DNA from: an uncultured virus (IMG/VR IMGVR_UViG_2593339138_000002)
Taxonomy: Duplodnaviria > Heunggongvirae > Uroviricota > Caudoviricetes
DNA: 59,559 bases
IMG/VR virus record: IMGVR_UViG_2593339138_000002
Direction: 5' to 3' (one strand)
Under the pieces are notes generated by a model that was given only the letters and a program-made list of their open reading frames with translations, made no database searches and was not told the DNA's origin. Positions 36,538 through 45,986 of the stretch are shown piece by piece. The position numbers and the translations under genes were made by a program. Position 1 is the stretch's first letter; the number at the start of each line of letters is the position of its first letter.

Positions 36538-36792
36538 ATGGGCAAGAAAATAGATTTCGACACCGCCTTGAAGCTCGGAGGCATTACTCCGAACGATACA
36601 ATTTATGCCAAGCCGAACAGCTACGGCTACAAGCTGAACGTCAATCACCCGCAGATCTTGCCGCTCTACGAGCGATATAAGAAAAAGCTCGGAGAGAAGA
36701 TCCTGTCAGATACTCAGAGGCTCACCTTTGAGACGATGATCTTCAAGGCTTTACAGAAAAAGAAAGAAAAAGAGGTAGAACAATGCGACTGA
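36538..36792 (+). CDS. Conserved hypothetical (homolog of 9366-9608)
   Basis: Protein similarity to prophage 1 ORF. Confidence 0.75.
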   Translation: MGKKIDFDTALKLGGITPNDTIYAKPNSYGYKLNVNHPQILPLYERYKKKLGEKILSDTQRLTFETMIFKALQKKKEKEVEQCD

Positions 36793-37055
36793 TAGCATAT
36801 ATCCTGATAGCGATAGCATTTATCGCTATCATAGGAGTGCCGATAGAGTTCCTTGCCGAGCACATTCGGAAGGGGAGCGCATACCGTGCGGCACGGAAGG
36901 AGATCAAAACGAACATCAGAGTCTGGGAAAGTATCGCAAAGAGTTGTGATCCGATCACAGATGCATACGATAAGGGCTATGCAATAGCCAGACTTGTGAT
37001 ATATCATCACGAACTGGACGAGCTGACAGCCCGAAAAGAGTACTTGTGCAGTTGA
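36783..37055 (+). CDS. Hypothetical membrane protein
   Basis: N-terminal TM. Confidence 0.55.
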   Translation: MRLIAYILIAIAFIAIIGVPIEFLAEHIRKGSAYRAARKEIKTNIRVWESIAKSCDPITDAYDKGYAIARLVIYHHELDELTARKEYLCS

Positions 37056-37062
37056 CTGCACA
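37045..37062. repeat. 18-bp palindrome copy 6 (TG core)
   Basis: tgtgcagttgactgcaca then gaaaaccgataaggag. Confidence 0.85.
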
Positions 37063-37084
37063 GAAAACCGATAAGGAGAAAACT

Positions 37085-37447
37085 ATGGATAGAGAGAAAT
37101 ATTTCGGTGAGAAAATCGAAGGACGGAAGGAACAGGCTATCGCGTCAGCCGTAAGGGAAGCCCTTGAAAGCTTCTGCGATCAGGAGCCCGAGTTCGAGCA
37201 GGCTATCGAGCAGAGCGGAAAGACCTTCCAGGAGTGCCTCAAGGAGGTAGTGAACGGCTGTGGAAGCTGCCTGTCCGACATCGAAGCATACCGCCGCGCC
37301 GTGAAGTTTTACTTCTCGACCGCGACGGTGAGTTTTAAAATGACTATTGACCTCAGCGGCGACAACGGTGCTGTGAAGCCCATCACCATGACAGAGAACA
37401 AGAAGGACACGCTGAGCATATCCCTCGACGATCTCCTCGATTTTTAA
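37085..37447 (+). CDS. PcfK-like protein
   Basis: FCDQEPEF...KTFQECL...SDIEAY..AVKFYF, acidic ISLDDLLDF tail; upstream of PcfJ. Confidence 0.6.
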   Translation: MDREKYFGEKIEGRKEQAIASAVREALESFCDQEPEFEQAIEQSGKTFQECLKEVVNGCGSCLSDIEAYRRAVKFYFSTATVSFKMTIDLSGDNGAVKPITMTENKKDTLSISLDDLLDF

Positions 37448-37462
37448 GATTGGAGCAAAAAA

Positions 37463-37729
37463 ATGAAAAGAGGAATAACTGTAGAATTCGACTATTCAGA
37501 CGACGGCTACTGGGTAGAGAAAAAGCGAGGCTCACTTACAATTGAGGAAATAGCGCAGGCAATAAACGAGTATCACGGAGAAGACAGATACTTCTTTATG
37601 ATCGACACAAACGCACCAGAGGGCTGGTACGATAACTATAATCTCAATGGCGACTATGAGCCGAAGGGTGACTGTGTCAAGGTTTACAGCTTCGATGCTA
37701 TGAAAAGGCTGACAGGAGCCAGTAAGTGA
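37463..37729 (+). CDS. Hypothetical protein
   Basis: Inserted between PcfK-like and PcfJ genes. Confidence 0.6.
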   Translation: MKRGITVEFDYSDDGYWVEKKRGSLTIEEIAQAINEYHGEDRYFFMIDTNAPEGWYDNYNLNGDYEPKGDCVKVYSFDAMKRLTGASK

Positions 37730-37741
37730 GGAGGCGAGAGT

Positions 37742-39361
37742 GTGGACAACTCATTTATCAGCACAGAAGACTACCGAGAGGAAATAGAAGACTTCTTTCC
37801 GAAGTTCGTGTTCTACCGCAGAGGACATCACACTCCTACCTGCGGGAGCTTCGGAGAATTCATAGACGGTGAGAAAGGGAAGGTCACGGACTGCTACTGC
37901 ACAGCCTGCCACGAACGCTATGAGGACGGGATCCGCAAGCCCTCGGAGTACAAGCATAAGGAACTCGGCTATTGTGCCAACTGTGGGCACCCTGTTGAGT
38001 TCAGACAGATGAACAGAGGGCGGCAGAGCTATTATGTGACAGGGAACTTTGCCATCTTCGAGGGCGCAGGAGATCTCATGCGGATCAAATGTATCAAAGC
38101 ATACCAGCGTTTTTCGGGAGATACCTCTGAAATGGAACCCGAGATAGGATGGTATACAGTCACTCAATATGAATTAAGGCCCGGACAAGCTATACAGTAC
38201 AAGGCTGTATGGAACAAGAGAAAATATGAATGGAAAAGAAAGAAGACGGACTGCACCGAGCCTAACTTCAATATCGGTGGCTTTGGATATGCCGACAGGA
38301 ACTACACGCTCATCAATCAGGAAGCCGTCGATCACAGCTTCCTGAAATACCTTTTCAAAGGCGAGCACTACGACTATATCTATATCACATGGCTCTGCTG
38401 CTATGCGCAGCATCCTCAGCTCGAATACCTCCTGCACGGTGGCTTCGAGTATCTTGCGAGGAACTATGTCGAGGCCCGTGTCCCTGAGTACGGAAAGCTT
38501 GTCACAACGCGGTACAACTGGCGCAGCAACGATCTCAAAAAAATGCTGCGTCTGGACAGACAGGAGATAAAGTTCCTTGCTAAGGAGCAAGGCAGATACT
38601 ACGACAGCTATATCAAGTTCAGGCGTGACTTTTTCAAGGGCAGAAATACAGCTGAAACCTTGAAATACTTCGAGAACTTCCGCAGCTCGACAGAGTATAT
38701 TCGAGAAGTCGAAGATATGACAGGTATTGCTCGCAAGAAGATCATGGACTATGCTCTGAGAAAGCAGAACTCACAAGGAACATACTTCTTTATCACTCTC
38801 TACAAGGACTATATCGAGCAGTGCATCGAGCTCGGGCGAGATATGAGTACCGATGTAGTAACAATGCCGAAGGATATGTTTGCAGCTCATGACAGAACAA
38901 CAGAAATGCTTCGTACCATACGCAGCGAGAAGGCTGCTATACAGCTTGCGGAGTCCGATGCACACCGCCGTGATCTTGAAGTCACGGATATGGAGCTTGG
39001 TCTTATCCTGAGGCTGCCGTATGATACGGAAGAAATAGTCGCAGAAGGTGAGAAGCTCTCTCACTGTGTCGGCGGATATGCAGACCGACACGCAGCAGGG
39101 AAGCTGGCTATACTGTTTCTGCGGACAGTAGGGCATCCCGGAACACCGTACTACACAATGGAAGTGTCAAACGATCTCCAGATAGTGCAGTGCAGAGGGT
39201 ATCGTAACAACAATGCCGGCAACCCGAAGCCGGAAGAGATCATCGAATTCGAGCGCCGCTACGAAGAATACCTCAAGGAAGTAAAGATTGACCGAAAGAA
39301 AGCGGCAGAAAAAGCCAAGAGGAAGAAAAGGCAGCAGCAGAAAGCAAAGGTTGCTGCCTAA
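37742..39361 (+). CDS. PcfJ-domain protein
   Basis: YKDY...PKD...AHD, EG.KLSHCVGGY, PYYTME, QCRG..N. Confidence 0.85.
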   Translation: MDNSFISTEDYREEIEDFFPKFVFYRRGHHTPTCGSFGEFIDGEKGKVTDCYCTACHERYEDGIRKPSEYKHKELGYCANCGHPVEFRQMNRGRQSYYVTGNFAIFEGAGDLMRIKCIKAYQRFSGDTSEMEPEIGWYTVTQYELRPGQAIQYKAVWNKRKYEWKRKKTDCTEPNFNIGGFGYADRNYTLINQEAVDHSFLKYLFKGEHYDYIYITWLCCYAQHPQLEYLLHGGFEYLARNYVEARVPEYGKLVTTRYNWRSNDLKKMLRLDRQEIKFLAKEQGRYYDSYIKFRRDFFKGRNTAETLKYFENFRSSTEYIREVEDMTGIARKKIMDYALRKQNSQGTYFFITLYKDYIEQCIELGRDMSTDVVTMPKDMFAAHDRTTEMLRTIRSEKAAIQLAESDAHRRDLEVTDMELGLILRLPYDTEEIVAEGEKLSHCVGGYADRHAAGKLAILFLRTVGHPGTPYYTMEVSNDLQIVQCRGYRNNNAGNPKPEEIIEFERRYEEYLKEVKIDRKKAAEKAKRKKRQQQKAKVAA

Positions 39362-39379
39362 TAAGATAAGGAGGAAACT

Positions 39380-40513
39380 ATGGACCAGATCATCACAGCA
39401 GGAGCAGGGGAGAGCACTCTCCCCGCCGCTGCAAGAGCAATACAGATCACGGAGCGCATCAGAGCCAACGGCAGAACCGCAGTCAACGCGGTCTGCGCTA
39501 TCGGTGAGGATCTCCGCACAATGAAAATAGATAACCTATACACCGAGCTCGGATATGAGTCCTTTGAGGACTACGCAGAGAAAGAGTTCGATCTGAAACG
39601 CCGTCAGGCCTATCAGTACATATCAGTATTTGAAAAGCTTGGAAAGGAGTTTGTGCAGTCAAATGCACAACTCGGCATCACGAAGCTTGCACTCCTTGCT
39701 ACCGCTAACCCTGAGGACCGTGCTGAGGTCATGGAGTCCGAGGATGTCGCCAAGATCACCACAAGGGAGCTTGAAGAGCTCCTCGACAAGTACAAGCGGC
39801 AGGGCGAGCAGCTCTCCCTCCTTCAGGAGGAAAAATCAAATCTTGAAAAAAAGATTGATGATCTCGAAAAATCCCCGAAAGATGTTGAAGTAGCAACACA
39901 AGTCAAAGAAGTTCCCGACCCTAAAACAGTCAAGCAGCTTGCTGAGGCAGAGGCAGCCCTGAAAGAAGCAAAAAAAGAACTCTCGGCAACGGCAGCAGAA
40001 GCGGAGCTTTATAAAAAATCTGCTGAAAGTGCTCGAATTGAAGCTAAGAAAGTCAAGGATAATGCGGAACTTGAAGCAGAAAAAGCGGCGAAGGCAGAAA
40101 TTGAAAAATTCCAGAAGGTTGCTAATGAAAGAATACGGAAAGCGGAGCAGGAGAAGGAAGCACTTGAAGCCAAGGTGGCAGAGCTCCAGAAAGCAGTCGA
40201 GAAGCCGCCCGAGAATGCAGATAAGAGTAATTTCAAAGTGCTGCTCAGTACAGTCTACCGCGATATGCTCGGACTTGTGGAATTTATCAACGATACCGAG
40301 ACCGAAAAGGAGCGCAAGCAGTATTTCAAAAAAGCTCTCGAAATACTGCACGTCTGCGAGGAGAGTATCAAGAAGATAGAGCTTCCCGTAGATATACCGA
40401 AGCAGCCTCTGACGTCTCGCGGAGTTGTTGACATCAACAGCATGAAGCCGATAACAAGCAGCAGCAACGCGGACTATGACGATGACGACGGGGAGGAAGA
40501 TGACGATGAATGA
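39380..40513 (+). CDS. DUF3102-like protein with coiled coil
   Basis: IGEDL...Y..LGY.SFEDY....F.L..RQAY.YI...LGITKL. Confidence 0.7.
   Translation: MDQIITAGAGESTLPAAARAIQITERIRANGRTAVNAVCAIGEDLRTMKIDNLYTELGYESFEDYAEKEFDLKRRQAYQYISVFEKLGKEFVQSNAQLGITKLALLATANPEDRAEVMESEDVAKITTRELEELLDKYKRQGEQLSLLQEEKSNLEKKIDDLEKSPKDVEVATQVKEVPDPKTVKQLAEAEAALKEAKKELSATAAEAELYKKSAESARIEAKKVKDNAELEAEKAAKAEIEKFQKVANERIRKAEQEKEALEAKVAELQKAVEKPPENADKSNFKVLLSTVYRDMLGLVEFINDTETEKERKQYFKKALEILHVCEESIKKIELPVDIPKQPLTSRGVVDINSMKPITSSSNADYDDDDGEEDDDE
39652..39669. repeat. 18-bp palindrome copy 7 (in DUF3102-like gene, 1 mismatch)
   Basis: tgtgcagtcaaatgcaca, read as VQSNAQ. Confidence 0.75.
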
Positions 40514-40691
40514 GCCGATACCCAAGCCGTGCAAGTGCGGAAATACATTCGTAGGACCCACGCATCATTTTGATAGCATCAGCTTGCGAACGGTATATCA
40601 TGTATCGTGTCTGATATGCGGCAAGCAGGGAAAGAGTGCAGATACTCCGGAAGGAGCTATCGAAGCTTGGAACAAGGAGGGCGAGAAATGA
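40506..40691 (+). CDS. Lar-like Zn-ribbon protein
   Basis: PKPCKCG...CLICG...AIEAWN. Confidence 0.6.
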   Translation: MNEPIPKPCKCGNTFVGPTHHFDSISLRTVYHVSCLICGKQGKSADTPEGAIEAWNKEGEK

Positions 40692-40897
40692 ATGATTACG
40701 AAGTCGCCCCTCGCAAGCGCTCTAAGTGCGAAGTAAAGAAAATCCCCGGTCAGACGCTGGACTTCTGCCGTGACATTGCCGCAGCGAACTCCCTCGGTGT
40801 TAGCTATGGCACATACATGGGAATGAAGCACGATGCAGAAGCTCAGGAATACTACGAAAAGTTCGGAGTACGTCTCAAGAGGAGGCGGGCGAAATGA
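40688..40897 (+). CDS. Hypothetical (GVSYGxYMGMKHD motif)
   Basis: Same motif in a small prophage 1 ORF near 11136-11288. Confidence 0.6.
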   Translation: MNDYEVAPRKRSKCEVKKIPGQTLDFCRDIAAANSLGVSYGTYMGMKHDAEAQEYYEKFGVRLKRRRAK

Positions 40898-41292
40898 AAA
40901 TGAAGCTCAGGAAATGCTCCTGCGGCGGAACTGCCGAGATTGTAGACGGCGAACCTACGGAATTAGGAGCTAAGATGCTGCGCGAGTACGGTCTGATACC
41001 GTCTCGCACTTATAAAGCCGTATGCAGTTCCTGCGGTAAGAGCACCGCGTCCTTCCCTTACGGCGACGAGGTAAAGGCGGACTGGAACCGCCTGAACCCT
41101 CTGCCGCTGAGAAAGTACGTCAGAGTTGTACGGTGCAAAGACTGCAAGCATCGAAAAGAACGACATTATGAAGAAAGTGGCGAAAAGCCATATATCAAGT
41201 ATGAGTGTAAATTCACAAAATACTCAATGAGTGATGATGGCTTCTGTTCTTTTGGTGCAAGAATGATAAAGGACGGTGATAAAAATGAGTGA
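40894..41292 (+). CDS. Cys-rich Lar-like fusion protein
   Basis: CSCGG, CSSCG..WN, VVRCKDC..FCS. Confidence 0.55.
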   Translation: MKMKLRKCSCGGTAEIVDGEPTELGAKMLREYGLIPSRTYKAVCSSCGKSTASFPYGDEVKADWNRLNPLPLRKYVRVVRCKDCKHRKERHYEESGEKPYIKYECKFTKYSMSDDGFCSFGARMIKDGDKNE

Positions 41293-41641
41293 TTATATAA
41301 GCAAAAATGAAGTTTTAAATCTTATAATGCATAATGATAAAGTTTGCCATTATGCAGATGAACGCTATGAGAATGTTGTGTACGCAACAGCTTGTAGAAT
41401 AAGTGATGTTGTGGCTAATATGCCTGCCGCAGACGTACAGCCTGTTGATAGGTGGACAAGCATTGAAGAAAGCAAGCCGAAAGATATGCAACAAGTGTTA
41501 GCTGTCGTTGACGGAGATGTACGAGAAGCGTTTTACAATGCAGGTTGTTTTATAGGAAGCAACTTTTATCGGAGCATTAACGAAGTAAAATGGTGGCAGC
41601 CTTTACCCGAACCACCAAAGGACGGTGATACAAATGAGTGA
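41285..41641 (+). CDS. DUF551-like protein
   Basis: WTSIEESKP...VKWWQPLPEPP. Confidence 0.7.
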   Translation: MSDYISKNEVLNLIMHNDKVCHYADERYENVVYATACRISDVVANMPAADVQPVDRWTSIEESKPKDMQQVLAVVDGDVREAFYNAGCFIGSNFYRSINEVKWWQPLPEPPKDGDTNE

Positions 41642-41912
41642 GTATATAAGCAGAGAAGCAGTACTCAAACACCTTAATGAGTGTAAGGAAGACCCATTTT
41701 TTGACCCTGATATGGCAAGGATATGCTTTGCAATAAGCATATTCATTGAAGAAATGCAAGCCGCAGACGTACAGCCTGTGGTACGCTGTAAAGACTGCAT
41801 ATATCTCAATCGGCACGACTGCCCTATGGCATATATCGAGCACCAGACACTGCAATTCGCAGCTGTCACTCCCGATTTCTACTGTGCGAAAGGAGCCGAC
41901 CATGAACCGTGA
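41634..41912 (+). CDS. Hypothetical Cys-rich phage protein
   Basis: YISREA...AADVQPVVRCKDC. Confidence 0.6.
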   Translation: MSEYISREAVLKHLNECKEDPFFDPDMARICFAISIFIEEMQAADVQPVVRCKDCIYLNRHDCPMAYIEHQTLQFAAVTPDFYCAKGADHEP

Positions 41913-42306
41913 TAATATCAGTAAGATGTCATTGATAGACCTGCTATCGAAAATCTCAAAAGGAATAGACGAGTGCCTCTATCAGGTGCTCTCAGACTGC
42001 AAAGACGTGGAGAAGCGCTCAAGATGCGAGAAAATGTCATCCTGCTATGACTGCTTGTCCGCATGGCTGAACGAAGGAGGCAAGATTATGTTCATAGGTG
42101 ACAAATGGTATACAGAGCCTGAGATCAAGGCGTATATCACGGAACTGAAAAAGAAGCTCTCGGAAGATACACACACACAGGAACTCGAAGCCAAGGTGAA
42201 GCTGCTTCAGGAGTTCCTACAGTGTGTCAGAGCATACTTCGGAACTACCTGCGGCTGGGTTGACATATTTGAGGAAGATGCCAAGAAGCTTCTTGAAGGG
42301 GAGTGA
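41902..42306 (+). CDS. Hypothetical protein (possibly two fused units)
   Basis: Internal RBS and MFIGDKWYTEPE unit shared with prophage 1. Confidence 0.5.
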   Translation: MNRDNISKMSLIDLLSKISKGIDECLYQVLSDCKDVEKRSRCEKMSSCYDCLSAWLNEGGKIMFIGDKWYTEPEIKAYITELKKKLSEDTHTQELEAKVKLLQEFLQCVRAYFGTTCGWVDIFEEDAKKLLEGE

Positions 42307-42310
42307 TGAC

Positions 42311-42775
42311 ATGACACAGCACGAGCTGAAAATACTCCCTGAGTACTTCGTTGCGGTAGCCAATGGCACCAAGACCTTTGAAGTCCGTAAGGATGACCGT
42401 CCTTTTGAAGTGGGAGATATTCTTTGTCTCCATGAAATCAACTGCGGGGTGCTGACTGGCCGCACAATAAAAGCTGAAGTGACCTATGTTCTCCGGCACC
42501 CTGATTATTGCAAAGAAGGATATTGCATACTCAGCATCAAGGTAGCTCAGCAGCTTGTGGTTGAGAATATATCGGAAAAAAGCAAGTGGGAATATCACGA
42601 ACTCGTCATAACAGGTGAAGGAACGACAGATTTTTATGTATGCCCGAAATGCAAAGGGGCATTTGCAACAGATTTATGTCAAGTGAACGGCGCATTTGAG
42701 ATTGACGCAGGAGAAAGCTTTAAATTCTGCCCTTACTGTGGAAAAGAGTTAGGAGGAGTTGAGCATGAGACATGA
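42311..42775 (+). CDS. DUF3850/ASCH-like protein with C-terminal Zn ribbon
   Basis: HELKILPEYF.AV..G.KTFEVRKDDR.FEVGD.L.L.E; FCPYCG. Confidence 0.8.
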   Translation: MTQHELKILPEYFVAVANGTKTFEVRKDDRPFEVGDILCLHEINCGVLTGRTIKAEVTYVLRHPDYCKEGYCILSIKVAQQLVVENISEKSKWEYHELVITGEGTTDFYVCPKCKGAFATDLCQVNGAFEIDAGESFKFCPYCGKELGGVEHET

Positions 42776-43055
42776 GGAAACTCCACTTAGTATCGGATTA
42801 GTCATTCTGATAGTGCTCATAGGAATATTCGTTGAAAGCTGTTGGAGTGGATCTGTAGCTGACAGCGATATTCACTCGCACAGATACATCGTAGTCGCAG
42901 GTAAGTACTACCCCACAGAGGATATAGAGTATATCGAAACAGATGTAGTGTTCCACGATAAGCACGTTATTACTATTCACTTCGAGGATGGAACGACTTA
43001 CCAAACCCAAGAGGGTCAGTATGTGTTTGCCGAGTCAAAACCTGAGGACACGTAA
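42765..43055 (+). CDS. Hypothetical membrane-anchored protein
   Basis: N-terminal TM, GGAGG RBS. Confidence 0.55.
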   Translation: MRHEETPLSIGLVILIVLIGIFVESCWSGSVADSDIHSHRYIVVAGKYYPTEDIEYIETDVVFHDKHVITIHFEDGTTYQTQEGQYVFAESKPEDT

Positions 43056-43245
43056 AGGAGGAAATCATGACAGAACCATGGGATTTGATCCAAATAGCAT
43101 CTGAAGGACTGGCTTGCTCTCAGCTCCCCTGCACTTATGAACTTTTTCGCGCGTGCTGTGAGGACGAAAAGCAGGAGATCGCTTCTCTCGTATGCTGCAC
43201 TATGTTCAAGATATCCCGAGACATGATCCTGAAAGGAGAATACTG

Positions 43246-43383
43246 ATGAAGACAGCAAGTGATCTATTCTGGATAATTCACACAGGCTGTACATACGCAT
43301 GGTTGTGCTGCAACTGTGATCGTGGCACAGAGTGCCGCATGGAAGCCCTTGCGAAGGAAATGATCCTGAAAGGAGAATACTGA
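43246..43383 (+). CDS. Small Cys-rich protein (near-identical to 12038-12175)
   Basis: Nucleotide-level match; bounded by a 29-bp direct repeat. Confidence 0.65.
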   Translation: MKTASDLFWIIHTGCTYAWLCCNCDRGTECRMEALAKEMILKGEY

Positions 43384-43616
43384 TGAAGCCAACAAAAATG
43401 AAACGCTGCCGCTGCGGAAGCCTTGTCGAGCGGCACCAGACTGTCAACGGCGGCTGGATAGTACACTGTCCCGAGTGTAGCATGGCATTCGGAGTCAAGC
43501 TCGATGTAGCGGGTACATTTGATCCTGAGTGTATCAGTGGTGAGTTTGAAACCGCTGAGCAGGCTGCTATTGCGTGGAATGAATGGATAGGAGGCGGAGA
43601 CGATGACGAAAGTTGA
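43383..43616 (+). CDS. Lar-like Zn protein
   Basis: RCRCG, CPEC, AAIAWN. Confidence 0.55.
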   Translation: MKPTKMKRCRCGSLVERHQTVNGGWIVHCPECSMAFGVKLDVAGTFDPECISGEFETAEQAAIAWNEWIGGGDDDES

Positions 43617-43763
43617 GCTGATAGTCGGTTTACTTATGGCAATTGCAAGCATCGCAGTAGCGCTCCTCATAGCCTACTGTGCGGATAACAAGGGCTACGT
43701 CTCAGATGAGGAGTGGGAGCGCTCCCGCCAGGAGACAGACGAGCACGACGAGGAGGTGAGAAA

Positions 43764-43967
43764 GTGAAGAACTGCTTTTACTGCGGAGGCAGGAAAGTCA
43801 AATACCAGCGTGACGCCGAGCTGAGAGTGACGGTGAAGTGTGAGAAGTGCGGCTCAGAGGTCAGCACTCCGTACATGACTGAGGACTCAGCTCGTGGCTA
43901 CTGGAACATGAAGCAGGCGAGCCTTGAGCACGCTGCTAAGAGATCAAGGAAAGCGGCTGCCAGCTGA
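43764..43967 (+). CDS. Lar-like Zn protein
   Basis: CFYCGG, CEKCG, YWN; GGAGGTG RBS. Confidence 0.55.
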   Translation: MKNCFYCGGRKVKYQRDAELRVTVKCEKCGSEVSTPYMTEDSARGYWNMKQASLEHAAKRSRKAAAS

Positions 43968-44078
43968 GCAGCCGCATACCTATACTATTATATAGTGATA
44001 AAAGCAGTCCCGTGAAGCTCGGGAATACGAGCTTGTAATCTATCTTATATTTACGACCACCGAGAGGAGCGGAGGAAA

Positions 44079-44912
44079 ATGAGAAGTTGGTATCGAGAGA
44101 CTCGTTACGAATGTGGTGACTACATGGAGGTAAATATATACCCCGTGTATACAAAGGCACCTTGCAGGAGAAAGAAGGCAAAGCCTACCTCGGAGACTCA
44201 GCAGAAGCTCAATGATATCTATGCGGAGAGCAAGCTGATCAGGATAGCGAATGCCAACTTCACAGATCACGATCTGAAAGTCGAGCTCACTTACTCGAAA
44301 GAGCATCTCCCTCAGACTGATGAAGAGGCAGCTCGTGAGTTGAGGAACTTCCTGCGCAGGGTGAAGAGATACAGAGAGCGGAACGGACTCTCTGAGCTGA
44401 AGTACATAGCAGTCACCGAGAAGAGCTCCCGATCAGGCAGATATCATCATCACCTGATCATGAGCGGAGATATATCAGTCTTTGATCTTGTACAGCTCTG
44501 GGGACTCGGCATTGTTGGAACCGATATCCTGATCTTCGACGAGAACGGGATAGCATCCCTCACTCGCTATATGCTCAAGCAGGCTCGTGAGTTCACAGGT
44601 AAGAAAAAGTATACACGATCTCGGAACCTGATAGATCCTCCACCGAAGCAGAGAGACAACCGCTTCAGCAAGCGGAAGATCGTCGAGCTTGCCAAGGACA
44701 CGGAGAACCGTGCCGAGTTCGAGAAGCTCTACGAGGGCTATCATCTCTCTCAGGCTCAGGTGGTATACAACGATACCAACGGCGGCGTATACATCTACGC
44801 CCGCTACTACAAGAAAGGAGCTGCATGGTGCAACAGAAAGAAGAAAACGAGCAGACTTTCCTCTTCCGCTGGGCGACCTTCGCCGAAGGACAATACCCAG
44901 AGCTCTCGCTGA
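44079..44912 (+). CDS. HUH-endonuclease Rep (rolling-circle-type initiator)
   Basis: Motif I ELTY, motif II RYHHHLI, motif III YMLK. Confidence 0.8.
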   Translation: MRSWYRETRYECGDYMEVNIYPVYTKAPCRRKKAKPTSETQQKLNDIYAESKLIRIANANFTDHDLKVELTYSKEHLPQTDEEAARELRNFLRRVKRYRERNGLSELKYIAVTEKSSRSGRYHHHLIMSGDISVFDLVQLWGLGIVGTDILIFDENGIASLTRYMLKQAREFTGKKKYTRSRNLIDPPPKQRDNRFSKRKIVELAKDTENRAEFEKLYEGYHLSQAQVVYNDTNGGVYIYARYYKKGAAWCNRKKKTSRLSSSAGRPSPKDNTQSSR

Positions 44913-45223
44913 TGTATCATATCCCGAATGAAGGCAAGCGAAGCAAGGCAACAGGAGGACGGCTGAAAGCGCAGGGACTCAAGCCCGGCGTTCCTGATGT
45001 CTGCCTTCCGACAGCACACGGCGGATACATTGGCTTGTATATCGAGATGAAAGTCAAGCCGAACCGTCCAACCGAGAACCAGAAGAACTGGCTGCGGGCC
45101 CTGCGAGCTGCGGGGCACCTGACAGCCGTAGCCTATGACTGGGAGGAAGCAAAGAACCTCATCGAGGATTATCTGAAGCTCCCTCCGACAATACCGAAAG
45201 GAGAAAGCAATGAAGCTAAGTAA
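44825..45223 (+). CDS. VRR-NUC nuclease
   Basis: HIPNEGKR, GVPD, IEMK, Q..W. Confidence 0.9.
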   Translation: MVQQKEENEQTFLFRWATFAEGQYPELSLMYHIPNEGKRSKATGGRLKAQGLKPGVPDVCLPTAHGGYIGLYIEMKVKPNRPTENQKNWLRALRAAGHLTAVAYDWEEAKNLIEDYLKLPPTIPKGESNEAK

Positions 45224-45746
45224 ACTATTCTCGCTCATGAAGCAGCACAAGTCCGTGCAGATCAGGCAGGGGCGAGCTGCTCAGTGGGTAGGAGACTCCA
45301 GTAGTCTCTATCCGATCTACAACCTTCCGCAGCTGAACGAGGCAGCTATGCAGGAACTGCTCGGCGTGAGTGACGACGCTTGGGACAAGTACAAGTATGA
45401 AGAATATGAGGCGATGAAGTACAGCGAGGAGGATAACATCGACGGAATGTATCAGCTCGACAGGCTGAAGATCATCATATGCTGGAGCGGCAAGGAACTT
45501 ATACCGCTTGTCGGCGGAGGTAAGATATTCTTCATACAGGCTAAGTATCTCAAGCCCTTCGATGATATCGGTCTGCTGTCATTCTGGTATCGCGAGGAGC
45601 CACTCCGTGATGGAGTGATAGGAGTCAACGAGGGTATGTGCCTCGCAGGTCTCGTGATGCCAATAGTAGTTGATGATCGCGTATTTATTGAGACACTATA
45701 CCGAGTATACGAGCTCACCAAGCGTCAGGCAGGTGAGGAAGCGTGA
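45210..45746 (+). CDS. Hypothetical phage protein
   Basis: QWVGD..LYP...YLKP...GLVMP. Confidence 0.65.
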   Translation: MKLSKLFSLMKQHKSVQIRQGRAAQWVGDSSSLYPIYNLPQLNEAAMQELLGVSDDAWDKYKYEEYEAMKYSEEDNIDGMYQLDRLKIIICWSGKELIPLVGGGKIFFIQAKYLKPFDDIGLLSFWYREEPLRDGVIGVNEGMCLAGLVMPIVVDDRVFIETLYRVYELTKRQAGEEA

Positions 45747-45986
45747 ACGACGAAAAGGAGACCTGCTACTTTCTGACACCCGGGAAGTTGAACAAGTGCA
45801 GCATACTGAATGAACAATGCACAGGCACCCGCTCTTGACAGCTCTGCTCCTTCCACAGGACCGAGAAAGAGTTCTTTGAGGCTCGGAACCGTGCCGTCGA
45901 GATCAATCGTGCCCGTGGCAAGTGCGCACGCTGCAAGTATAGCAGGCATCACCCTTGTGAGATCATCACGATAGGAGGCGGGGACA

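Noticed and set aside
37085..37447. Calling the PcfK-like gene an AcrIIA9 anti-CRISPR
   Set aside because: Family resemblance only; the PcfK-PcfJ context is common and activity cannot be inferred from sequence
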